In this document: positions 29,254 to 37,959 of the stretch, piece by piece
Numbering within the stretch: position 1 is the stretch's first letter
Layout of the letters: each line of letters opens with the position of its first letter
Origin: Pseudomonadota bacterium
Lineage (GTDB): Bacteria > Desulfobacterota > Desulfobulbia > Desulfobulbales > SURF-16
Direction of reading: 5' to 3'
Length of the DNA: 64,000 bases
Assembly (NCBI GenBank): GCA_018897105.1
Contig: JAHILF010000092.1
Coordinates: 19,559-83,558, forward strand
The notes under the pieces: generated by a model
What the model saw: the letters and a program-made list of their open reading frames with translations, nothing else
Databases searched by the model: none
Told to the model about the DNA's origin: nothing
Made by a program: the position numbers and the translations under genes

Positions 29254-30696
29254 GTGCATACGAATAAGCATATCGTCCTGGTCGTCCCCAATTTCAAGTG
29301 GGCTGACTGGGATGAGAATACCAACTGGGATTTCATCCCCTATAATCTCTGTTTGCTGGCCGCCATGGTGGAGCCTGATTTTCAGGTGACCATTCTTGAT
29401 GCCAACGCCAGGGAAATGGACGAGTCGCAGTTCCGGCAGACCATTCATGAGCTACAGCCCGATGTGGTTGGCATTACGGTGCTCATGGATCAATACGGCC
29501 CGGCAGGGCATTATGGCGCCCGGCTTGTTAAAGAAGTTGATCCAGCCATTACTGTGGTGCTGGGCGGGGTCTATGCCACCATGAACAGTGACCGCCTGAT
29601 GGCTGACAGCAATATTGATTATTGCTGCATTGGTGAAGGGGAGTATGTGCTTCCAGAGTTGCTTGGCTATCTTGCCGGGTGTAATGATCTGCCGGCCAGA
29701 GGCGTGGCGTATCGCCGGGACGGCAAGGTGGTCAATCTGGGGCGGTCCCCATTTATTAATGACCTGGATGCCCTGCCACGACCGGCCTATCACCTGCTTG
29801 ATTACCCTTCGTATATCTCAAAGGTGGTCAAGCGCAAGGCCATTGATCTGCCTTCCGCATATCCGTATGCCCGGATTCAGACCTCCCGCGGGTGTCCGTA
29901 TGGCTGTGTTTTCTGCCAGGTAGAGTCCATTGCCGGCAAACGCTTCCGGCCCCGCAGCGCCGAAAAAATCGTTGATGAGATTGAGTGGCTGTACCGGCAA
30001 TACGGGGTGCGTGGGATTATTTTTGAGGATGACAACCTCTACACAAAGCCGGCCAGGGCCAGGGCCATCTTTCAGATGATGATTGATCGTGATCTTGCCC
30101 TGCCCTGGTGTTCCATCAGCACCGCCATCTTCAAATGTGACCGGGAGTTGCTGGACCTGATGCGGACCAGTGGCTGTGAGTATATTAATATTGCCGTGGA
30201 ATCGGGCAATGAACGGGTACTGAAAGAGGTGGTGGGCAAGCCCCTGGAGCTTGGTCACGCCAAGGAAATGGCCGCCTATGCCAGAGAGATCGGCATTTAT
30301 GTGGCCGCCAATTTCATCATCGGATTCCCCACTGAAACATGGGATGAACTCCTTGATACCATCAGGTTTGCGGAAGAGATTAACGTCAATTATTCCAAGA
30401 TATTTGCCGCCATGCCCCTGCCAAATACAAAATTGTGGGATTTGTGTGAAAAGACCCACAGCTTTAAACCGGGGTTTGATCCTGAAAAATTACGCTGGAG
30501 TACAGGGCAGCTGGAAACCGAACATTTCAGCCCGAGGGATCTGACAATTCTGCGGGCCTACGAATGGGACAGGATCAACTTCACGGATCCGGGAAAACGC
30601 AGGATGACCGCGGCGCGCATGGGAATTACCGAGGCTGAGTTGCTGCAAATCAGGAAGCGTACTCTGCAGAAGGCGCGCAATTTTATTGAGGAGTAA
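29254..30696 (+). CDS. B12-binding-domain radical SAM enzyme (class B rSAM)
   Basis: DVVGITVLM..VVLGGVYATMN and QTSRGCPYGCVFC. GTG start. Confidence 0.9.
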   Translation: MHTNKHIVLVVPNFKWADWDENTNWDFIPYNLCLLAAMVEPDFQVTILDANAREMDESQFRQTIHELQPDVVGITVLMDQYGPAGHYGARLVKEVDPAITVVLGGVYATMNSDRLMADSNIDYCCIGEGEYVLPELLGYLAGCNDLPARGVAYRRDGKVVNLGRSPFINDLDALPRPAYHLLDYPSYISKVVKRKAIDLPSAYPYARIQTSRGCPYGCVFCQVESIAGKRFRPRSAEKIVDEIEWLYRQYGVRGIIFEDDNLYTKPARARAIFQMMIDRDLALPWCSISTAIFKCDRELLDLMRTSGCEYINIAVESGNERVLKEVVGKPLELGHAKEMAAYAREIGIYVAANFIIGFPTETWDELLDTIRFAEEINVNYSKIFAAMPLPNTKLWDLCEKTHSFKPGFDPEKLRWSTGQLETEHFSPRDLTILRAYEWDRINFTDPGKRRMTAARMGITEAELLQIRKRTLQKARNFIEE

Positions 30697-30733
30697 AAAT
30701 TTTGCGGGATTCTATCAGTAACAAAATGAAGCT

Positions 30734-32200
30734 GTGAATATCTTATTTCTTAATCCGCCATTTCTTGGCCGTTTCTCCAGGTCATCGCGAAGCCCCGCGG
30801 TGACAAAGGGGGGCACTCTTTACTATCCCATATGGCTTTCCTATGCTGCCGGGGTTGCCGAACAGGCCGGCTATGCTGTCCGGCTTCTCGACGCTCCGGC
30901 TCAGGGCCTGGGTGTGGACGAGGTATTCCAGAAGCTGTTTCCCTTTTCTCCCGATTTAATCGTCATCGATACCAGCACGCCAAGTATTTTTCATGATGTC
31001 AAGGTGGCCACCGAGTTCAAGGGACGGTTTCCGCATTCTTTTATTGTTCTCGTCGGCACCCATCCGTCTGCACTGCCGGAAGAAACGCTGCAGATCAGTG
31101 CCGCAGTTGATGGCGTGGCTGTTGGTGAGTATGACTTTATAATCCGTGATCTTGCCGCTGCCCTGGCAAGCGGCAAGGATATGGCGACTGTTGCAGGACT
31201 GGTCTGGCGCGATAATGGCCAGGTGGTCGTAAATGCCGGACGGGAAAAGATCATTGATCTTGATTCGCTGCCCTTTGTCACTTCTGTGTACAAAAAACAT
31301 CTTGATGTCAGGGATTATTTTTTTGCCGCCGCCAGTTATCCCATGGTAATGATCATGAGCGGCCGTGGCTGTCCGCACCGCTGTTTTTTCTGCGTCTATC
31401 CCCAGGTCATGCATGGCCGCAGGTACCGGGTGCGTTCCGCGGAGAATGTGGTTGAGGAAATGGCCTATGTTGCCCATTATCTTCCGGAAGTCCGGGAGGT
31501 TGGCTTTGAAGACGATTGTTTTACCGCCAACATCAGACGGGTCCATGATATCTGTGAACAGATTATCGCCCGCAACATCAGAATGAAATGGTACTGCAAC
31601 GTTCGCGGCAATCTTGAGTATCCGACTCTTGCCTTGATGAAACAGGCCGGTTGCCGGCTGGTGACTGTTGGTTTTGAGAGTGGCTGTCAGCAAGTGCTCG
31701 ATGGCATGCATAAGGATGAGAAGGTCGAACACTATCATGCCTTCGGCAGGGCGGCCCGCAGAGCTGGAATGTTGGTGCATGGCTGCCTTATGGTGGGTAA
31801 CCCAGGGGACACGGCCGAGACTCTGGCTGCGTCATATGAATTTGCCAAACGGATTGATTGCGACAGCATGCAGTTTTATCCGCTCTATGTCTATCCGGGC
31901 ACAGAGGCCTATGACTGGGCGGTGAAAAACAACTATCTGTCGACCACTGATTTTGCAGAGTGGCTCACCCCTGACGGGCTGCATAACTGTGTCTTGAATA
32001 CGCCGGAGCTTTCAGCCGCTGAAATGGTTGGGCTTTGTGATACATATTTAAAGAAATACCATCTCCGCCCCTCCTATATTGCCCGCAAGGCATGGCAGGG
32101 ATTGTGTAACCCCAGTGAAGGTCTGCGCACTGTGAAATCGGCCAGGGTTTTCTTGAGCAAGTTGCTGGCCGGGCAATTAAGCAAAACAACGAGGAAGTAA
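30734..32200 (+). CDS. B12-binding-domain radical SAM enzyme (class B rSAM; the N-terminus resembles the HpnJ-like subgroup)
   Basis: LFLNPPFLGRFSRSSRSPAVTKGGTLYYPIWLS..DLIVIDTST..IVLVGTHPSALP and MSGRGCPHRCFFC. The subgroup call is by eye and has low confidence. Confidence 0.85.
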   Translation: MNILFLNPPFLGRFSRSSRSPAVTKGGTLYYPIWLSYAAGVAEQAGYAVRLLDAPAQGLGVDEVFQKLFPFSPDLIVIDTSTPSIFHDVKVATEFKGRFPHSFIVLVGTHPSALPEETLQISAAVDGVAVGEYDFIIRDLAAALASGKDMATVAGLVWRDNGQVVVNAGREKIIDLDSLPFVTSVYKKHLDVRDYFFAAASYPMVMIMSGRGCPHRCFFCVYPQVMHGRRYRVRSAENVVEEMAYVAHYLPEVREVGFEDDCFTANIRRVHDICEQIIARNIRMKWYCNVRGNLEYPTLALMKQAGCRLVTVGFESGCQQVLDGMHKDEKVEHYHAFGRAARRAGMLVHGCLMVGNPGDTAETLAASYEFAKRIDCDSMQFYPLYVYPGTEAYDWAVKNNYLSTTDFAEWLTPDGLHNCVLNTPELSAAEMVGLCDTYLKKYHLRPSYIARKAWQGLCNPSEGLRTVKSARVFLSKLLAGQLSKTTRK

Positions 32201-33202
32201 ATGGAAAGGCTGCCTGATATCTCCGTTGTCATTACCTGTTTCAACGAGGAAGCAAACATTGCCGATTGCCTTGCCGGCCTGGTTACCCAATCATATCCGG
32301 CTGAAAAATATGAAATAATTGTTGTGGACGGCAATTCAACCGATACGACAATAACGGTTATTGAAGCAATTGCCCGGCAGCAGAAAAACATCAGCCTGCT
32401 CATTGAGCCCAAAAAGGGAACGGCTGCCGGACGCAACACGGGTATTCGTGCGGCCCGTTTTGACCATGTTGCTTTTATTGATGCCGACTGCGAGGCGCCT
32501 CCCGAGTGGCTTGAGGTTCTGGCGGTGAACTATCTGAAGCAGAAACAGCAGAATCCGGCAATAATAGCTGTTGGAGGGAAGAATATCCCCCCTGTCGGGG
32601 CTGATTTTTTCATGAGGGCCATAGGAGTCAGTCTTGATTCCTATATGGGAAGCTTTAATAGTGCCCAAGGGCGTCAATTTTTTGAGAATCGTCCAGTGGA
32701 CAGCCTGGCAACCCTCAATGTGCTCTATGATAAGGCCACCTTGGAAAAAATTGGTTGTTTCGATGAGACCCTGGCAAGCGAGGCGGAAGACGCTGATTTG
32801 AATTTCAGGCTGAAACAGGCCGGTTACGGTATGTTTTTTATCAGTCAATCCTATGTATGGCATAAAATGCGGCCAACCCCGGCGTCCTGGCTAAAGAATA
32901 TGTTCCGCTACGGCAAGGGGCGGGCACGATTGTTAAAACGCTACCCTGCCATGTGGCGCCCGTCCTTTGTCCTGCCGCTGCTCTTTGCTGGGGCAATGGT
33001 TTCGCTGCTGCTGGCGCCGATATCCCAGACTGCCCTGGCCGGGTTGTGCTATTTCCCTCTGCTGCTTGTCTTTTCCCTGGGGCAGTGCCTGCGGAAGAGG
33101 GAGCCGTTATTGTTTCTCCATGTGGCCTTTGTTTACCTGATTCAGCACTTCGGCTATGCCGCGGGTGAGGTATATGGACTTATTAATCCCGCGGTTCGGT
33201 AG
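32201..33202 (+). CDS. family 2 glycosyltransferase with C-terminal TM helices
   Basis: ISVVITCFNEEANI..IIVVDGNSTD..FIDADC (a DxD-type motif). Hydrophobic C-terminal third. The ATG abuts the upstream TAA. Confidence 0.8.
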   Translation: MERLPDISVVITCFNEEANIADCLAGLVTQSYPAEKYEIIVVDGNSTDTTITVIEAIARQQKNISLLIEPKKGTAAGRNTGIRAARFDHVAFIDADCEAPPEWLEVLAVNYLKQKQQNPAIIAVGGKNIPPVGADFFMRAIGVSLDSYMGSFNSAQGRQFFENRPVDSLATLNVLYDKATLEKIGCFDETLASEAEDADLNFRLKQAGYGMFFISQSYVWHKMRPTPASWLKNMFRYGKGRARLLKRYPAMWRPSFVLPLLFAGAMVSLLLAPISQTALAGLCYFPLLLVFSLGQCLRKREPLLFLHVAFVYLIQHFGYAAGEVYGLINPAVR

Positions 33203-33210
33203 GGGAGAAA

Positions 33211-33834
33211 GTGGCTGCTGACAATTGTGACAAGAGACTCTATGACAAATGGGATAAACGCTGGCAGGCCCCTGAAGACAATGAACGTCTGACCATTGTC
33301 GGCAGAGGGATGTTCAAGGCCAAGAAGAAGGCTTTGCTGGCGGTTTTGCAGGGGATTGATCCCGGGGCAATATGCGAGGTCGGCTGTGGCCTGGGGTACA
33401 CGCTGGGATTTCTGCAGGAGGCGGGATACCGCTGTGTGGGGATTGATGTATCCGCCAATGCCGTGCAGGAATGTCTGAGAAAAGGTTTGAATGCCAGACT
33501 GCAGAAACTTGAAGATGTCACGGAAGAGTTCGATCTGGTCAGCAGCGATGGCATGCTGGAGCATTTTTTGAATTTTGAACCGTATGCCCGGCATATGATG
33601 CGCATCAGCAGAAAGTACGTCCTGCTTATTCAGCCAAACTATGATTCCCTGTCCGGCCAGGCCCTTGCCTTTTTGGCCAATGTGCTGCGGCGTCAGGTGA
33701 ATGTCTATGAGTACAACTATCGGATACGTGATTTTGTCTCGGTTTTTGCGGACAATGATTTTCAGCTCATCGATAGCCGGCCGGTTTTTTTTGATGTTTG
33801 CCGCATCCTGTTATTTGAACGGACAGAGGTGTAA
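33211..33834 (+). CDS. class I SAM-dependent methyltransferase
   Basis: Motif I ICEVGCGLGYTLGFL, then GIDVS and SSDGMLEHF. GTG start. Confidence 0.75.
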   Translation: MAADNCDKRLYDKWDKRWQAPEDNERLTIVGRGMFKAKKKALLAVLQGIDPGAICEVGCGLGYTLGFLQEAGYRCVGIDVSANAVQECLRKGLNARLQKLEDVTEEFDLVSSDGMLEHFLNFEPYARHMMRISRKYVLLIQPNYDSLSGQALAFLANVLRRQVNVYEYNYRIRDFVSVFADNDFQLIDSRPVFFDVCRILLFERTEV

Positions 33835-33837
33835 AAA

Positions 33838-34221
33838 ATGAAATATGTGGACGTGACGGATGGGCAGTGTAAGGATGGTGGGTTGGCAATTATGCTGATC
33901 TTGCTGCTTGTCGCCTGGTTTGGAGAGAGGCCTGTTTATGCCGGTCCGGTCATTGTCGTGCTTCTGATTACCATGATCCGGCCGGTTTTTTTCAAACCTC
34001 TGGCATGGCTGCTGTTCAGGGTTTCAGCTGTCCTGGAAAAGATTGCCTCAAGGGTTATCCTGACATTTATTTTTGTGTTCATGGTAACACCGGTCGGAAT
34101 ATGCAGGAAGATGCTCGGCCATGATCCCATGAGGTTGAAGCAATGGCATGTCAGTCATCAATCCTCCTTTCAGGACCGGAAGCATAAATTTACTGCTGCA
34201 GACCTGGAAAAGCAATTTTAG
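33838..34221 (+). CDS. SxtJ-like small membrane protein
   Basis: 127 aa with 3 hydrophobic helices. It sits immediately upstream of a DUF5989-like mini-ORF and a carbamoyltransferase, which is the arrangement of sxtI/J/K-type triads. Assigned from size, topology and context. Confidence 0.5.
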   Translation: MKYVDVTDGQCKDGGLAIMLILLLVAWFGERPVYAGPVIVVLLITMIRPVFFKPLAWLLFRVSAVLEKIASRVILTFIFVFMVTPVGICRKMLGHDPMRLKQWHVSHQSSFQDRKHKFTAADLEKQF

Positions 34222-34268
34222 ATTCATGCACCGTTGTTCCGGGTGAGAAAAATTAGTATGAGATGCTT

Positions 34269-34418
34269 ATGGATTTTCTAACAGAGTTGTGGGATTTCAT
34301 GAAGGTCAGGAAAAAATTCTGGCTGCTGCCGGTCATTCTCGTCCTGCTGGGCTTTGGCGCCCTTATCATTCTCACCAGCGGTTCGGCTATTGCTCCGTTT
34401 GTCTATACACTTTTCTAA
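34269..34418 (+). CDS. DUF5989 (SxtK-like) 49-aa membrane mini-protein, absent from the supplied ORF track
   Basis: The ATG at 34269 translates to MDFLTELWDFMKVRKKFWLLPVILVLLGFGALIILTSGSAIAPFVYTLF* (TAA 34416-34418). The RKKFWLLP..APF.YTLF pattern is the hallmark of this family, which is found beside NodU/CmcH carbamoyltransferases. Confidence 0.75.
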   Translation: MDFLTELWDFMKVRKKFWLLPVILVLLGFGALIILTSGSAIAPFVYTLF

Positions 34419-34436
34419 AAGGCGTCAAGCTGGAGC

Positions 34437-36311
34437 ATGAGGAACGCAATTCTTGGCATTTCCGCCTATTACCATGACAGCGCCGCTGCCTTGCTGCAGA
34501 ATGGGGAAATAATCGCTGCAGCCCAGGAGGAAAGGTTTAGCCGGAAAAAACATGACGCTTCGTTTCCCGCAAATGCCGTCCGCTATGTCCTTGACGAGGC
34601 GGGACTGGACATTGAACAGTTGGACGCCATTGCCTTTTATGACAAGCCCTGGCTCAAATTCGAACGTCTGCTTGAGACCAGTCATGCCTTTGCCCCTGCC
34701 GGCCTGCAGAGTTTTCTGGCGGCTATGCCGGTATGGGTTAAAGAAAAGCTGTTCATGAAGCGCAATTTGTGGAAAGAGCTTGGCCTCATTCACGGACAGT
34801 CTTTTGGGCGGAAACCCCCTCTGCTGTTTCCTGAGCATCACCTTTCCCATGCTGCCAGCGCCTTTTATCCCTCTCCATTTCATGATGCGTCCATTTTGAC
34901 GATTGACGGGGTAGGGGAGTGGGCCACAACGACAATCGGCTATGGTGCCGGTGAAGAGCTGTCCCTGTTAAAAGAGCTTTCTTTCCCACACTCCATCGGC
35001 CTGCTCTATTCCGCCTTTACCTATTTTCTTGGCTTTAAAGTCAACAGTGGAGAGTACAAACTGATGGGCCTTGCCCCCTATGGGGAGTTGCAGAGCGCGA
35101 GGGTCAACCATTACAAACAACTCATTTGCGAAAAGCTTGTTGATCTGAAAGATGACGGTTCCCTGCTGCTGAACATGGAGTATTTTGATTTTGCCACCGG
35201 TCTTACCATGTGCCGGAACAGCAAATGGGAGGAACTCTTCAGCTTGAAGAAGCGTGATGCTGAATCCGCTTTCCAGCAGGAGCACATGGATATGGCCCAG
35301 GCAATCCAGCAGGTCATTGAAGAAATTATCCTGCGACTTGCCGGAACCGCCCGGCGTTTGACCGAAAGCAGAAATCTGGTTATGGCGGGCGGAGTGGCTT
35401 TAAATTGCGTCGTCAACGGTCGTCTGCTGAAAAGTAAAATTTTCAAACATATCTGGATCCAACCGGCTGCCGGTGATGCCGGTGGAGCCTTGGGCGCTGC
35501 TTACGCGGTCCGCCATATCTGGCAGGGCCATAAGCGGATTGTCGCTGCCGAGGTGCCGGACAAAATGCAGGGGTGCTATCTTGGGCCATCTTTTTCCCAG
35601 CAGTCGGTGCAGCGGCTTTGTCGCAAATATCAGGCACCTGCTCATGATTGGAAAAAGTTTGATCAGCTGACGCGAAATGTTGCTGCTCTGCTTGCCGAAG
35701 GAAAGATAATAGGTTGGTTTCAGGGGCGGATGGAATGGGGTCCCCGGGCCCTCGGTAACAGAAGTATCCTGGGGGATCCCAGAAATGCGGGCATGCAGAA
35801 AAAGCTGAACATGCAGATCAAATATCGGGAAGGATTCAGACCTTTTGCTCCGTCGGTGTTGGCGGAGGAGGCTGCCGGGTTCTTTCAACTTGATTGTTCC
35901 TCTCCCTATATGTTGCTGGTTGCTCCGGTGGCGGAAGGACGGAGGAAGAAATTGCCGGACAATTACCTGTCGTTGGAACTCTATGAGCGGCTTTATTGTA
36001 AACGATCAGATGTGCCCGCCATTACCCATGTAGATTTCTCCGCCAGGATACAAACTGTCCACAAAGAGACAAATCCGCGCTACTGGCAATTGATTGCCGA
36101 TTTTAAGGAGATTACCGGCTATGGTCTGGTCGTTAATACCAGCTTTAATGTACGGGGGGAGCCTATTGTCTGTACTCCGGAGGATGCCTACCGGTGTTTT
36201 ATGAGAACCGGGATGGATTATCTGGTCATCAATAATTACCTATTCAGTAAGTCCGAACAGCCTGAATGGGAGGAGAATAAACAATGGCAGACAGAATTTA
36301 CCCTGGATTAA
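34437..36311 (+). CDS. NodU/CmcH-family carbamoyltransferase
   Basis: N-terminus ILGISAYYHDSAAALLQNGEIIAAAQEERFSRKKHD, an internal FPHSIGLLYSAFT, and C-terminal VNTSFNVRGEPIV; 624 aa. Confidence 0.9.
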   Translation: MRNAILGISAYYHDSAAALLQNGEIIAAAQEERFSRKKHDASFPANAVRYVLDEAGLDIEQLDAIAFYDKPWLKFERLLETSHAFAPAGLQSFLAAMPVWVKEKLFMKRNLWKELGLIHGQSFGRKPPLLFPEHHLSHAASAFYPSPFHDASILTIDGVGEWATTTIGYGAGEELSLLKELSFPHSIGLLYSAFTYFLGFKVNSGEYKLMGLAPYGELQSARVNHYKQLICEKLVDLKDDGSLLLNMEYFDFATGLTMCRNSKWEELFSLKKRDAESAFQQEHMDMAQAIQQVIEEIILRLAGTARRLTESRNLVMAGGVALNCVVNGRLLKSKIFKHIWIQPAAGDAGGALGAAYAVRHIWQGHKRIVAAEVPDKMQGCYLGPSFSQQSVQRLCRKYQAPAHDWKKFDQLTRNVAALLAEGKIIGWFQGRMEWGPRALGNRSILGDPRNAGMQKKLNMQIKYREGFRPFAPSVLAEEAAGFFQLDCSSPYMLLVAPVAEGRRKKLPDNYLSLELYERLYCKRSDVPAITHVDFSARIQTVHKETNPRYWQLIADFKEITGYGLVVNTSFNVRGEPIVCTPEDAYRCFMRTGMDYLVINNYLFSKSEQPEWEENKQWQTEFTLD

Positions 36312-36368
36312 GGTCGGAACTTCGGCCCACTGCGTATTTTCTCTGGTTTTGCCGCAGGGGCTTTTGAT

Positions 36369-37433
36369 ATGGGACTTCTCTATACGCAAATGAAGGTGTT
36401 TCATTACCAGGAGAAGCTTGCTTCCCTGCCCTCGTCAAGTGATGTCTTGCTGCCGCCGCTTCATGTCCGCATCAAGCCGACCAATGTCTGTAATCATAAA
36501 TGCTCCTATTGCGCCTACCGCAACGAGGATATGCAGCTTGGCCAGGACATGAATGTCCGGGACTCCATCCCCCGAGGCAAGATGTTGGAACTCATAGACG
36601 ACTTGCAGGAAATGGGGGTGAAGGCTGTAACCTTCAGTGGCGGGGGGGAGCCGTTTTGTTATCCGCATATGCTGGAGGCGGCCGGAAGGCTTGCCGATGC
36701 AAAGGTGAAATTTGCCTCCTTGACCAACGGCTCCAGGCTGAACGGAGAAGTGGCGGAACTGTTTGCCGCCCATGCCACCTGGATCCGCATTTCCATGGAC
36801 GGCTGGGACGATGCGAGTTATTCCGAATACCGGCAGGTGCCGGATGGCGAGTATTCCCGGATTATGGCCAATATCGCCTCATTTAAGCGCTATCGCGGCA
36901 ACTGCTATGTCGGGATCAGTCTCATTGTTGATCAGAAAAACGCGGCGCATGTCTACCATATGATAGACAAACTTTACGACATCGGGGTGGACAGCGTGAA
37001 GGTTTCCCCTTGTATCGTCAGCAACAGCGGCCGGGAAAATAATGCCTACCACGCTCCCATATTCCAGAGGGTGAAAGCTGAGGTGGATCGGGCAATAGGG
37101 GATTTTGCCGGCAACAATTTCGAGATTTTTGACTCGTATCATGCCCTGGATGAAAAGTTTACCAGGACCTATTCCTGGTGCCCGAATATTCAAATCAGGC
37201 CGGTGGTGGGGGCGGATTGCAATGTGTATGCCTGTCAGGACAAGGCGTATAATTTGAAAAACGGTCTGCTTGGTTCGATAAAAGAACAGAATTTTCGTTC
37301 ATTCTGGTTTTCCGGCAAAGATAAATTCCATTCCATCAAACCTGACAGCCATTGCTTGCATCATTGCGTGGCAAACGGCATGAATATAAAAATACACGAG
37401 TATCTGGCAGCAGACCATCTCGAATTTGTCTAA
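36369..37433 (+). CDS. radical SAM enzyme (sugar-cluster type) with a Cys-rich C-terminus
   Basis: KPTNVCNHKCSYC (CxxxCxxC), a GGGEP SAM-binding motif, and C-terminal cysteines CPN..C..C..CLHHC. It is the last gene of the long + operon. Confidence 0.8.
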   Translation: MGLLYTQMKVFHYQEKLASLPSSSDVLLPPLHVRIKPTNVCNHKCSYCAYRNEDMQLGQDMNVRDSIPRGKMLELIDDLQEMGVKAVTFSGGGEPFCYPHMLEAAGRLADAKVKFASLTNGSRLNGEVAELFAAHATWIRISMDGWDDASYSEYRQVPDGEYSRIMANIASFKRYRGNCYVGISLIVDQKNAAHVYHMIDKLYDIGVDSVKVSPCIVSNSGRENNAYHAPIFQRVKAEVDRAIGDFAGNNFEIFDSYHALDEKFTRTYSWCPNIQIRPVVGADCNVYACQDKAYNLKNGLLGSIKEQNFRSFWFSGKDKFHSIKPDSHCLHHCVANGMNIKIHEYLAADHLEFV

Positions 37434-37607
37434 AAAACGAGGACTGCTGATAAATTCATCATTTCCTGGCGCTGTTCTCCTGCAGTCTAGGCGGACAATT
37501 CGTCATTTCATTCCCATACTGTCATAATATCGGGCAGTAGCTGTTGTTTTCCCCTTGTTGTCACGGCAAATTTTTCCCTTTACGGGCGCGGCCATGGTGT
37601 TGTTTCA

Positions 37608-37640
37608 AACAAAAATATCAGTGCTTGATATTTTTGTTTA
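37608..37640. repeat. perfect 14-bp inverted repeat with a 5-nt spacer (candidate regulator/enhancer-binding site, or a weak hairpin)
   Basis: AAACAAAAATATCA gtgct TGATATTTTTGTTT. The arms are exact reverse complements. It lies about 100 bp upstream of the sigma54-like motif. Confidence 0.6.
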
Positions 37641-37725
37641 ACTTTCTGTAAATAAAGAGTTTTTTAAGGGCAATAGGCCTTTTGGCATCGAGTTTGTTTC
37701 TCTCCTTTTTTATTTCCCCGGCGCA

Positions 37726-37741
37726 TGGTATGCAACTTGCT
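37726..37741 (+). promoter_or_regulatory. candidate sigma54 (-24/-12) promoter for the 37960 operon
   Basis: TGGTATgcaacTTGCT matches TGGYAY-N5-TTGCW with the correct GG-to-GC spacing. A weaker copy, TGGCATcgagtTTGTT, is at 37683-37698. Confidence 0.5.
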
Positions 37742-37959
37742 AAAAAGTTAAACGTAAAGTTTACTTTAGCTTTTTTTTCTGCTGTCGATAAGGCTATTCA
37801 GAACAGATTGTTTTCTTTGGATTAGTAACGTTATCACAGGTACTGCCGCTGGACAATCTCCCCGGTATTTTCTCTACTTCACCTGTGACTGCATGGATTG
37901 GTCATTTTTCTGAATTTTGACAGACCCCTTTATGGCGTCCTGTTATTATTGGTGCCTGC

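Noticed and set aside
34289-34477. 62-aa + strand ORF bridging the SxtJ-like gene and the carbamoyltransferase.
   Set aside because: It is out of frame with, and overlaps, both the well-supported 49-aa DUF5989-like ORF (34269-34418) and the carbamoyltransferase start (34437). Its sequence has no family resemblance.
37755-37791. A perfect sigma28 -35 box TAAAGTTT (37755-37762) and a near-perfect -10 box GTCGATAA (37784-37791) upstream of the 37960 operon.
   Set aside because: The two elements are 21 nt apart instead of about 11, so they cannot form one FliA promoter. The -35 candidate at the correct spacing (TTTAGCTT) matches poorly.
37434-37959. A cobalamin riboswitch or other structured leader, expected because there are nine B12-dependent enzymes.
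   Set aside because: I could not find a B12-box-like conserved core or the multi-stem architecture in this gap or in the other, much shorter intergenic regions. An Rfam or Infernal scan would be needed to exclude it formally.
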